From: Raillietiella orientalis
Taxonomy: Eukaryota
Assembly: GCA_036172245.1 (NCBI GenBank)
Contig: JAYWIR010000028.1
Location: 2,604,001 to 2,668,000 of the forward strand
DNA: 64,000 nucleotides
Direction: 5' to 3'
The position numbers were made by a program, and so were the translations under genes. A model generated the notes under the pieces. It had not been told where the DNA came from. It was given only the letters and a program-made list of their open reading frames with translations, and did no database searches. Of the stretch, positions 1 to 13,100 are shown one piece after another (positions within the stretch are counted from its first letter, which is position 1; every line of letters starts with the position of its first letter).

Positions 1-251
1 CTATTGCAAAGTTAGGAAAATATAAACTTGGGCGTCAACCAATAACAACCTATTTTACAAAAAGAAAAGGAGCAACCATTCTGAATGCTTTTTGACTCAA
101 CTAAAAAAAGAGAACTGTGCAATGTGTACAAAGGAGATGCATTAAGAGATGTAAAAACAGTAACGAATGACGTTGAAATTTCGGAACCAAATTTCTTGTA
201 GGCAATTAAACAACCAAAATTAGTGAACGGCCGTTCCGGAATTCGATTTAC

Positions 252-401
252 CTGATTCTTCATCCGGGATTCCAATTCCAACTTTTGTTTTCTCAGAGCA
301 TTGATTTCATCCCCACATTTACTATTGTAAATCAGTTCCTCTAATTCCTTTGCTTGTGCTTTCAGTTTCTCATCCTTTAGGTTGGCTTCGGATCTGGCAT
401 C
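252..401 (-). CDS. MYO18A: Myosin-XVIII coiled-coil tail exon
   Basis: CTCCAG acceptor, 150 nt, reads DARSEANLKDEKLKAQAKELEEL...DEINALRKQKLELESRMKNQ, then donor GTAAAT. Confidence 0.85.
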
Positions 402-427
402 CTGGAGGATGAGAATAAAAAGGAAAG

Positions 428-463
<36 letters not shown>

Positions 464-1032
464 GCACGCACGCACGCACGCACGCAGACGCACACGCACG
501 CACGCACACACACACAATGCAAGACTTTTTTCTACCCCCTTGATTGGAGCGTTTCCTTGACCGATCGTTTGGGCACAACGAATATGTACTGTGGAAACGA
601 ACACAGCTGAATAAGTTTCATAAAAATTCCCGTTCCGTAAGGGACCCGTAAGGGTTCCGTAAGGGCAAAAGAGGCGAACGTGCTGCGTAATGCCTGGAGC
701 TTCAAATTTTGGTTTCAAAGGAAGCGTTCCACACTTCAGGAAGTTGTCTACAACAAGTTCCCCGTATAGATCGACAGCTTCTCACATTATAGGTGGCTCG
801 AACCTTTCTTTGGACACGAAGGACACGCAACTGCACGAATGCACTAAGAACACTATACTCAGCTCTCACCGACTTGTTAGGACGTCGACAAACCGCGTGC
901 TTCTATGCCTTGACAATAACCAAAGGGGAAAATCTAAAAGCCATCAATGAAATCAAATGACAAAGGAATCAGAGATCCATCAGCACGTGTGAACTTTGCT
1001 AAAGTAAAATTTGTATGTATGTATACATATGT

Positions 1033-1110
<78 letters not shown>

Positions 1111-4100
1111 GAGAGAAGAGGGAAGGATGGATTCATTTTACTGCGCCAAAAGTCCACTAAATTGAAAATGGCGCGTTTCCGCAGACAATGCGATAAGGGG
1201 TTCGAGACCCGCTCTAAGATACCCGAGGAGTGGACAAAAGAAACCTAATTTTAGCGTTCTGAAAATTTGGTTTGACCCAGAACGATTCGATCCAAATCAT
1301 AAATTATCGATAGTTTGCAACCAACAAAAGTAAGAGCAGCAGCAACGGTGGCAGCAGCATCCTACAAGGATGATAAGGAATGAGGCTTACGATAAAACTA
1401 CGAGAAAAGTACAAACCTGAACGGACTTGAGACTTTACTGCCCTTGAGATTCTGGATCGAGAACCGCTATCTCGAGACCACGAAAACTCACGTATTACCT
1501 GTGAGCGTTCGTCGCTAACCTCAGGTCAGCTTCTGCTGGTCTCGATAATACCAACCACGAAGAAAGAAAAACAAGCCGAAAAAATCGCCGCTTCTCTTTC
1601 TTTCTTCTCTCGCTCCTTTTCTGTGACTCCGCTACTTTAACCGAACCAGGTTCGAGTCTCCTTTACATTTACTGAGAGATCGATCCACGAGGTTTGCTCC
1701 TCCTAGGTATAAACCATGGTGCAGCGTTGCAGGACAAGAGCACATTGGCGCTGAAACAAATGAAGACGATGGATACCTGAGGCTTTGCAGCCCCATCGCG
1801 GCGCCGAGCAAAGTTTCGCAGAGTTTACTGCGGAGAATTCATCGACGTTTTTGCTGTTTTGCTGTTGGCAACACTGAATCCCTAACTTTAGAGTCGAGAT
1901 GGTTACAGCTTGCGGTTAAGGGCAGACGTTGCCACTTGCCTGAAGGAGCGAACGAGTTAATTCGAGCTAGCTAAGGGAAACCAGCAACCTTGCCATCAGA
2001 CCAGTTTGTCACTACGAAAGAAATAACAGGTAAAAAAAAAGAAAAAACAGAAGGTGGTCAAGAGGACTAAAAACAAAAAAATGAAGCAAAAACACGGTTT
2101 GCAAGGAAGTGATGCACTGCTATGCAGCCCAGAAGAAACATACCAAATTCAGTGATCACAATAACAAAAGCACGCAAGCAAACATACATGGCTTTGAAAC
2201 TTCACACCAGACGAGACAACTGCAAAACGGACACGAAAGGGAGATGACCACAATTTTCTTCAGAACCCAATGAAAAACACATCGATTGAAAAAAAATACA
2301 ATGCAATACAACAGATCAGATCTTGCAAAATCCTTGCAGCAAACAAACACTTTCTCAGCCACTGAAAGGGAAAGTTGGACTGCTACCGAGATGGCCGTAC
2401 TCACCTGTAAACTCTGCTCCAGACAGTATTTTTCCGATAACAGAGCATCCTTTTCACGATAGCTTTGCTCCAGAGTTTGTTTCTCGTTTTTTAATGCCTG
2501 CCTCAGTGCTTGTAAATCCGTATCCACTCTAAAAAAAAAAAAAACAAAAAAAAAACAAAAAAAAAAAACAGTTTCAGAAGTCGCACCTGACAACCAGGAA
2601 ATGCTAAACGAAAAAAAAAAAAAACAGCCGCAAATGCGATCGACGAAAGTGCATGTACAAAGTGCATGTGCAAGCGAAATTCGGCAGTTGCCGGGCGATA
2701 ACGTATGTGCTGGTGGGTGTAATTAGTATTTCGTGCACTTTTGGGTCCATCACAGAGCTGCTTCACAGGCTGCTACACCGATCCATAGAACACGAACTGT
2801 CCATTGGGCTTCCCGGTACGGATTTCGATGGCTTTTCCCCCCCTGCCTGGTTCCACGTGCAAAACTGTTCGCGCATTCGGGTCTCGATGGGTTGACCGGA
2901 ACATGGTCAGGAACCGGACAGCTTTCAGCGCTTGCAGGATCCCACTGCTCTTCCTTAGCGATGGGAGGTGCATCCTTTCTTATCCGCATGTAACGAAAAC
3001 ACGGACCGCAAATAACAAACGATGGCGCGCAAGCATCTGGACCCAGCAAACGAGAGAGAGACGCGTTCCACTTCTTGTTCCGAACACATGGTTCCGATGA
3101 TTCACGTCTTGGGGTTTCTGATGATCAAAGTCACGGTTCCCGCCCGGCAGGACTCTCCGTTCCTTTAGGTTCAGACAAGTGCAAATCACGGCCTGCGAAA
3201 GAACATTGCGTAACGTTTTGCTAACGCGGAATTCGTTTGGCCACACTTCCTTGCCGCATCGCGAAATCGAAATCGCTGCAACAAGTCGTTGCCATTTTAA
3301 TTAGATGAGAGAGAGAAAATAGAGGAGGCGATATACGTAACTCTGGGGAAAAGAACTCTGTAAATCAGCGTTTTGCAAAATGAGTCCCAACCCTTTAGAG
3401 GAGAGTCAGTCAGCGATCTGAGAGAGAAAGAGATTGAGACTGATTAGATCAGCAGTGCGAAACGCAGGCTTTAAACATCATCTTTCGTTGATAATGATGA
3501 TACCGGAGAATCGCCTCTTTTTTTTTTTTTTCTTTTTTTCCTTTCTATTGCCTCGGAAAGACGTGTTTGCTCAGAACAGGACAAACTGCCCGAAAGCATC
3601 ACAGATGAACTCGGGAATGCACGTAGGATGACTCCATCCAAGTATGTGTAGATGATGCTTTGGTGAACACCGCACCGAGACGCCTCACACTTCGAGACGA
3701 CCCCGTCTTTGAACTTCCAAAGACCACTAGGCGTTCTCCAAAATTCCACCTCGCAGATTCGACCGATCCTGGGTTTTACCACCTCGTCGACTTGATCACG
3801 AAATTCACGTACGCTGAGGCCGCACAAATACACATCAGGTGTGGGCAGCAAGCCGAATGCAAACTGCTCTCGCCGTGCACGCATACAAATAGCCAACAGG
3901 AATTGAACGATCTCTGCTGCACAACGCGCGTAAAATCTTTCCCTGACCAGAAGCTCCAAAGTACACGAAAAGTAGTCGATGAACCGACGAGAAAAGTACC
4001 TGCAGGTCACTGATTTTTCCACTTTTGGGAAAATGACGTGGAGCACGGGTGATGATAATGAAGTGCTTGCAAAGACTACGAACTCGGATCAAGGTGGGAT

Positions 4101-7100
4101 TCCGAGTCCCAACTCCTTCTGCTCGCAAAACAGGGGGAGGGGAGGGGAGGAGAGGACCGGCGATTTGGATTTTTATTTCTTATTTTTCGCACGAAAAAAG
4201 AACGATCGAACGGCTAGCCGACTCACGACGTGTACGCTCACGCTGATGTGCTCCACATTTATCTTCATGTTGGAACACAGGAACACACGTTGGTGTTAAG
4301 CAGATGCAACAGAAGAGATTAACGCTTACGTAATGAAAAAACCTGGATAAGACAGAGCATCTCTTTGGAAACCTGGAAATTAAAGCACCACACCAGCACT
4401 GAGGGAGAGAGGCGGGATGGAAGGGGAAGTCTGAACAAAAACTTGCTGAGGAAGACCAGAGGTTAACTCTTTGAGGATGGTAAGAACCGCTTCCATTGCT
4501 CACCGCACGATTTCAGCTTTCCAACCATCCATCGAAACACAAACATCCATACGCACACATACGTAGTCGCAATCAACACGCATGGACCCAGATTTTACAT
4601 TATCTTGTAAACAAGAGCTTTGACGCTTACCACAGTGACGGAAGCAAGTGAGCAAGTTTTGAGAAAATCAGGATTTTCCAGAGGGGAAGATCTCTGGAAA
4701 ACGGGCTCGTACATTTCTGCTAACACTTGGACTCACATTCATTTTGATTATGTTTACTCGCGTCAGCTGTTCGCAGAAGCGACCGTCCCCCACTGAAAAC
4801 GCACAAACATCGCTCTGTGTCTTCGATGCGGAGTCAAACAACTTGATTGAAAACGTCGCAAACCTCCAACCGATACATAACTATTTAACAGGAACAAATA
4901 GACAGTACTATCGAAAATATGAAAAGGGCATCAATCATGCTTGCGATTACGACGCTGAGTACGTTTCACGGTCATTCACTTTCCTTCACATTGTGCTTTG
5001 CATATCAGCAGGCATCGAACGCTACACATATCACGTAATTCAAACACTAATCATACGTCGATCTTTTATCTGCAAGGATTCGCATTCTCAAACCATTCAG
5101 TATTCATCAAATGGTGGTGCCATTCTGGCTTCCGCTCTGAGTGTTGTGGACACAGGACCTCTCATCCCATAAACGATACACACACACCTTCATTTCTGGA
5201 AAGCTCTTATTCGGACATTAACGTTTCCTAATGCTATTGCTCCCCCCCCCCCTTTTTTTTTTACTGAGGAGTAAGTTGCATCGATGCATCGGTTCTTTCT
5301 CTCATTCAAAAGAAAAAAAAAAAAAAAAACATACACACAGCCATCATACTTTATGATGGATACAGCTGTGCCGACGCCAAATCTAAATAAATATTACTAG
5401 TAAGTATTGCCTTAGGCATCCCTCATTCCCTAATAAATGAGTGTAGAATGTGACTGGTAGCAAGCAGTCTACAACGTCCCTTGCAACGATCTCAGCTTCG
5501 TCCTTATCCCGCAGGGCGTGGCTTCTCCCTTCTCCTTTAAACGTCAGTTCGGAATTCCATCACGATCCCCCTAGTCTTACTCCTATTCCACCACCACCAC
5601 CGAACCCCTTCGTTTTGACGCAAGGCATGCAACTCGGAATGGCTGTGAGGAAACGATTTCAAGCAACGGTGGATCTTTCACGGTCTTTCACGGCATTGCA
5701 TCTGTTCGTTATTTTCTTGAATACCTGCGCTGGCCACTTTACACTTCCCAGAAGCAAAAACGAACTTAAGAAAACCGCGCATACGAATGATCCTGAATGG
5801 CAAATTTCCACGGAAACGTGACCAAAGCAAAGCAAGGCAACCATATCGAAGAAGCGACCTGATAGGAAATCTGTTTGTTTTCCATGCAGAAGAAATACGA
5901 TAAAATGAGTGAGTGAGAAGGCAACCTAATATGAGGCACAAACAAAAAAAAAAAACAAGGAAACACTTGCACAGCACGATTTGAATGGTTGCAAACAAAT
6001 CTACTCGGAAATGATTTGCAAAGGCTGTAAAGAGCCAATTCGCAATAACTTAAAGAATCTTAGAGCTTTCCAGATGGACATGTTCAGAGTACAACAGAAT
6101 GGTTCCAGAATTTTGGGAAAAGCATCTATAGTTTACGTTCAAGCAGTATGAAGCCATCGGAACAAACTGCATAAAAACGCACCGAAAACACACATCAGGA
6201 ACAACAAAATCACCAATAAAACAACATCAGCGAAGGACTCCAGAAAAAAAGGGAACAGCGAAGAGAACATGAAAAAGAGTACAATAAAAAAAAAAAAAAA
6301 AAAAAAAGCTGGACAAAAGAAAATACGCCGAAGTTCTACATCAATCTCTTAGACGAACAGTAACAAAGTAATTAGTCTGGAGCAGCATTCACTCATGAAA
6401 AGACGAGAGCATCTTCCGCTTGGACTCGCACAAGATCAACGTCGCGCAGACTCCGCAGGATGGCACAAAACAGATAGATTTAACGATACCAACAGCAGTG
6501 CGCGTCGCCACGTTCTCTTGATATCAAAAACTAGGAAAGTCTTCAAGTATTTCGGGCGACAAGTTTCGAAGCATCCCAAAATTTTTGGATACTAGCAGAC
6601 AAGAGGCAGAAACGGGATTCGTGAATCCGCAGGAATGGCAGGAACGCACACCGGAAGTCGAGCTACAGCGGTGGAGAATGATCCCTGCACTCAAAAGCAA
6701 ACACAAAAAGACCACCTGGCCCGAAGAACTGTCGGTACTGCGAAAGAATCCGATAACCGACACCTATTTGCTGACATCAACACCTTCATATCAAATCTAA
6801 AAAGTGTCATTGCATTATCCAGTCCAGAAACGAAAAGTGTTTGATAACAAAAGGAAAAGAAACTGTTTCTGAATGCGTGCATCAACCAGTGGGAAGCCGC
6901 CGACGAGACACAAGAGCAAGTCGCTCCGGGGGCAACCGGATGTACCACCGTTTTCCACAGGAGCGTTATGGGACAGGCCGCTCGACGCCGGTCCACGGAC
7001 GGAACGCAAGCATCAGCATCGAAACGAAATCAGCGGATGCTGTAAGATCAACTGTACCGAAAACAACAACAGTCCAGCAGTACAAACCCTTATTTCCACT

Positions 7101-10100
7101 TATTCCTGCCTACGTGATTACGCTACCCGTACGAGACAAAACCACGTTTCTAAATTGGTACAGTCGGGTCGGTGACTCATATTTTGTGATCCACGTCCCT
7201 ACGGATCCTGACAGTGCACACATGAAGTACTCGAAAACTTTTGAGGACAATACAAAGACAAAAGTGCATTGACAATGGATATTTTTGTACTGCAAGAGGA
7301 ATGCATGCGTGAGAATGAGGAGGACACTTACTTGAATTAAACCGGTGGGAAACGTGGTGACGGTAGAAAAAAAAAAAAAAAAAAACTCTGAGGAGAATCG
7401 CAAATTAAAGCAAAATGTGAAACACACACCTATAATATAAGGAAACCGAGGAGGAGAAAACAAATCCCTCTGCAAAGAGTTCATGCTGTCCTGAAAACGT
7501 GGTCGAGCAAGCAGGACGTCGCTTTGGACGTGAGAATTATGAAATGAAGACGTGCACCAGACTGCAGCTTTTCTTTTGGTTTTTCATGGAAACAAGAAGC
7601 TTGCTTCAAAAAGCTTCGGTAATTAGCACAAGTCGATTGATAACCACAAGGCAATCTCAACTGCACTAAGTAAATGATACGGACAACGTGAAATCTTGAA
7701 CCAAACCACTTCATACTGTTTGCATCTAACCCATACGTGCTTTTTCCAGAATTCCGGAATCAACTGAACAACAGGAATAGAATGGGCTTTTCTGGCCGTG
7801 CATTCTAACGACGCAATGCAATTCGCTTTACGAGCGAGCGAGTTTGCATTCGCAACTCGGACGTATTGAAACGATTCTAAAAAAACAGTGATTTCCCCGA
7901 AAAAGATGCACTCGAGGTGAAGACGTACAAGAGCACAAATCAAGGTGGGCATCCATACCACCGCTAAGAGCACCTGTGAAAAATCACTGAAGTACACAAG
8001 ACCCCAGAAATGATTCCGCTTGTCGAAACTTTTCGCATCTTCTGATGTGCAACACGAATCGGAAAGAATGAATAAGTTGAGGACACCTCAAGACAAAGGC
8101 AACGCTTCTTAACGAGCACGTTAAAGAGGAGTCTCAAAACCAAGCCCATACCCAGTGACACCGACTCCATCGTAATGACGCAGCTGCGAGTGTCTTTAGA
8201 ATAGCGGCAACAGACCGAGAGAGGCACAGCTTCCCCATATTTGATCGTTTAAGCTTCCTTCAGAATATCGATGATCTCCCTACTGGTCCGTAGTTTCCAA
8301 CGAGAGACCGATTTTCAGTGTGAAGGTGTAAGGTCTGCTCTCGAGAACACCTATTTTAAGTGAAAGGAAAAAAGTTCTATACTCGAAATGATGAGAAATC
8401 TTGATTAATTTATGCGTGTCTGGACCAAATAATTGTAAAGAGAAAGCTGTGAGTACAAAGGCTCTGTCCTTTCAATACCGACGTTGATGATGTTGACATT
8501 GAGCGACGCAACAACTGTTCAATAAAAATTTGAGGGAAGGTCAAATAATTGATGGTGTGCTCTACCCGTGCCCTGCGATCGATCGAACTGAAAGTGTTCT
8601 AAATGCGCAGCTCCCAAGAGATCACTCCTTTCATTGGCTCTTTCGAACATCTCTTTAAAAATGATCATTCAATTCATTTGCAAGTGGTTCTAGAGCATGC
8701 TGAGGGGAATTATTTTCCCTCTTACACGTTCTCTTACGTACACGTCCGTCTTTCTGATAACAGAGGTGTTCGCAAGACCGTCCAAGTTCGAAAGGGCAGA
8801 ACAGTTTTATTCCCATCGAATGGTGAATTGAGTTGACCAACTTGGAACCTGACCCATCTCTTGCGGCGGTTAGTGACTCTTTTTGATTGTGCATCCTAAC
8901 ATCTGACAAAGGCATTTTTGTCATTCGTGCACTAAACCCCTAACAACTGAACGGACGAGTTTTCCAGGAGTCACTCCGCCACATACTGCATTAGGGAATA
9001 ATCCCCGAGTTTCTCCGGTGGATGTCTGCATCCCAGCAATCTGCGTGAACGGAATCTTGCTGAACAGCTTGCTGTCGCACTTAATTTTAAAACATTGCAT
9101 ACGGCCCCCTTCCTCCTAAAATCCTCTTTCCCGATATGCAGCCTGTAGGCATTTATGATTTTTTCTAACGAAACATCCGAAAGAATTTAAAAAAAAAAAA
9201 AAAAAAACAGACACTACGTGGAGCATTTTTCGTTGATAGTTTCCGTGGAAACCACGTTTCCCCTTGTTCGTGCAACCTATCAACCCATTCTTTCCAAAAG
9301 CATCTTGTTGCCTTTTCATGTCACTAATCAAGCAGGAGATGCACATGTTTAAAGAGTGATTAACGAATTCGTACTCTCACAAGCTGTAACCTGGAAAAAA
9401 AAAAAAAAAAGGCAATTCGTGTTTTTGCAACTTCCCGTACCATTCTATCATTTTCCGGAAGCTTCCTTTCCTGAACAACAAATTGGCACGAGCCACCGGC
9501 GAGAATTAAGTTAGGAACTCGGGAACTGGAAAATTCCCTCACAGGACATGCAACGGTGCACAAGCGCCGCAGTGTACATTACTTAGCAAGGACTTCGTCC
9601 ACTACGATAATCAGCTACGGCATTTTCGGAATCCTTCAGAATGAAACAAAAACTCCCTTAGGTAGTGTCTACTCTTGTGGAGTGAATGCACGAATTTCCC
9701 TCATATCCTTTTTTGCCTGCTTTTCAGGGGTGCCTCGTCTGGATGAAACACGTGTACAGGAACCACGGATATCGGGAACTGCTGTCAAACTTCCTCGTAA
9801 CCAGTAATTTCAGTTCTTCATCTTCACACAATACACTTTTGCAATACAACAGGTTGATGCTGCCCCATGCTGCTGCCACTGATATTCAAGAAATTTCAAC
9901 AGCGATCGACACAAATTTGGTTTTCCGATTATTCTATTGCCAATTGTCCAAAATAGAAAAAATTGTATTCGGGAGCATCACGTACAGGGACAACATACTA
10001 AAGCCACCACGTTACTAACGCAAGTCATCGACTACATTTTCAGTACATTCCCAACGAAATACAATAACAAACAAACATCAAAAATCGACCCTTGACACGA

Positions 10101-13100
10101 CACGACAAGTGATGCATTCGTGTTCGTGACTAACGTCAAAAATGGAGACCTGGCTTCCTCGGTCTTATAGGTTCTTAAGAAACACACGATTTGGCACAAT
10201 AACTGCAAGTACACATTGCACTGTCGACACACAATCTCTCGTCCCATAAACGATACATACACACCTTCATTTCTGGAAAGCTCTTATTCGGACATTAACG
10301 TTTCCTAATGCTATTGCTCCCCCTCTTTTTCTTTTACTGATGAGTAAGTCGCATCGATGCATCGGTTCTTTCTCTAATTCAAAAGAAAAAAAAAAAAAAC
10401 ATACACACAGCCATCATACTTTATGATGGATACAGCTGTGCCGACGCCAAATCTAAATAAATATTACTAGTAAGTATGGCCTTGGTTCACGCAAAGGTAA
10501 ATCTGACGTTCACGAAGACGAGAAGATGGAAAGCAAAGGAGCTAAAAATAAAGTACGCATCGTTTCTTCCGAAACCTTTAAGGGGTTTCGAACCAAATGG
10601 TAATTCACTGGGGCAACGCGTACGCCGCAAAGACAGAACACCAGGAAACTTGTTCGTCTGATCAAGTCTTGCGACCGGCTATAAGAGGCTTATAGCAACC
10701 CCAGTCAGATTCGTGTGGTTGGCACACGTCTCATCGACAACGGTGAGAATTTATACGCTGGGATGCTTACAAATGTGAGACAATGCTGGACCTGAGAGGT
10801 CCACAACCCCTCGCGGTCGGGAAAAGTACCAAGGACCACCATTCGCATGACGTCACGCTCCTCCGATACTTTCCAGTCTCTTTCAGCTAACGGGCCTGGC
10901 CCGCCGGTCGCCAGATCAATGAGCACAAGCTCTGCCAAAGCTGGCAGCAATCCAGAACACCGGCAGGCTTCGCGCGCTGCCACGAGCCCTCCCCACTCCC
11001 CCACGAAACGGTCCACCCACCACGCTGCCCGATCGAAAAGCACCCCGCCGCGAAAAGAACCGCACCGACGTGCTGAAACGGCAGCAAAGACGATCCGAAG
11101 CTTTGCAGCTCGAAGAGTGAGGCTAGCCGAACAGGAAGGCGGCAACAGCACTTCAGGAAGCTGGGATGCGGTGGCGCGACGGCAGGAGGAGACGCCGCTG
11201 AGAGAGCGGCTGCTCCTCACTCGCGCACGGGACGAGAGCTGCTCGGCTCTCGTCCCGTGACCGAAGAGAACTCGAGGCCGAACGAAGACCCCTACGGAAG
11301 ACTTCGGAGCTCTTCAGTCACCACGGGTTGGCCGACGACCGCCCCTGCCGGATTCGCAGCGATGCCTCGCCCGACGAAGAGACGGCGGCAACGTCGAGCC
11401 CCGGGGTTCCCTTTTCCCAAGGTGCCTTCAGAACGGGCAGGGCCAATAACGATCGAAACGGGAACGGGCACGCCCGGTGAACCACAGGTGGGCAGAGAGA
11501 GGGGACCGCCCTCAGTGCGATGCTCAGAGGTGTGGACAGTTGCACCCATCAGCTTCGGAGTTGCGGGGCGTTGCGTGGTCAATAACAGACGGTCTCTGAT
11601 CAAGCCTGAAGCTTTCCGAATAAACACGAACACGGAGACAGTGACAACACGTGGAAGTGATTGCAGCAGACCGCCACTGTGGCGAAGACACGCACGCAGG
11701 CGCGCAGATGTGCTGAGAAGAGCTAAAGGAATCAGTTGGCTGTTTGATTCTTGCAGGATTTGCAACAAATTCTGAACCATTACACACTCGTTTGCGCATA
11801 ACGTGTTCTCTACGCTGGTGCTAAAATCTGCAATAACATTTGGTTTCGAATGTGGCTGTCAAAAACTACAGTAACAAATAATTCCCTTCCAAACACTTTT
11901 TAAGACCCCGGTACAAAATCAGAGGCTCCGCGGTTGTCATTCGATGTACGCATCTGCTGATAACAAATTCGTGCATCGGGGACTGAATCAAAATGGATTT
12001 ATCTTTACGTGATATACACATTGCCATAGCGTTTCAGAGTTTAGCCGCGATTGCTTTCGGTTTAATGAATCGATTCTCTCAGGGCGCACTGCTAAAACTC
12101 CATTCTACATTTCCACGATTGCTTTTCCTGAGACATTTTCTCAAATATCTTTCTGGTTTAAGCATGCAGCTGCCTTCTCACTGGGATTTGGTTTTCCATC
12201 TTTTTTTCTCCGTATTAAATCAATCATCACTTTAAATCGATCCTAATTTTTCGTGTTCTGACCCGAATCAGTAGCGTTTCGTTATCCCTTGATGGTGTTA
12301 ATTATACTGATTTCTCACTCTAGCTGTTAGCAAAGTCCAAACGTCGGTCTTTTATTCCTCAGCATGAAAGCTCGTCCAATACGCACATTAGGAAAGTAAT
12401 GAAGATTTCAATTAGATAATGGATTCCGATGAGAAAGATTTGAATGCGAATTACCATGTAGATTTCATATCGCGAATAACTACATGGTAAGACGGGTTTA
12501 GGTTGGGCTTAGAGCAAGATGAATGCTTGTGATGTGTTGCTAATGAAGACAAAAAAAAACACACACACACACACACACAAGCGAAGCAAATAAAATGAAA
12601 GCTGAAAAAAGCTTCAAAATACATTTGCCAACTGTACGACACAGTCATGCTTCCACGACTGGAAATCAATCTTGAACCTAAAACAGTAATCTGCTTTGAC
12701 AGTACAAATGTGATACATACTAATAATATACTTTAAAAACCTAGATTGCAAAAGGGTTGCGTGGGTCTCGCTACTTTAACCGATATGGGGGTGCATATGG
12801 AATCATGTGATATGTTTTTGAAACATGCGTGTTATTGCCAGTATATGTGAACAGTGCAATTTGAAGAACAAAAAAAAAAAAAAACAAAAATTCAGGAATA
12901 AAGAAGTGAATCAGCTGCAAAGAAAAAACAAAGACCCTCTTCATACAAGCGCTTAGAAGAAATAAAGCTGTTCACCATGCATTAAAATCACTACGGAATG
13001 ACTAAAAGAGAGATGAAATGCAGCAAAAAGGCACATTTTGCAGCTGATAGAATCGCTGGGGCTGTTTTCCAAATGATGAAAAGAACATTTTTTTCTTCTT

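Noticed and set aside
12..1165. ORFs with CVCV/RACV/ERER runs
   Set aside because: These are translations of microsatellites. Only 252-401 is a real exon.
1198..1662. B-box-like words GGTTCGAGACCC and GGTTCGAGTCTC (tRNA/SINE)
   Set aside because: No cloverleaf and no correctly spaced A-box.
10337..10385. CTGATGAG as a hammerhead ribozyme core
   Set aside because: I could not build stem II + GAAA and stems I/III around it.
5159..10483. LTR retrotransposon bounded by the 250-bp direct repeats
   Set aside because: No TG..CA termini, PBS/PPT, TSD or gag-pol remnants seen.
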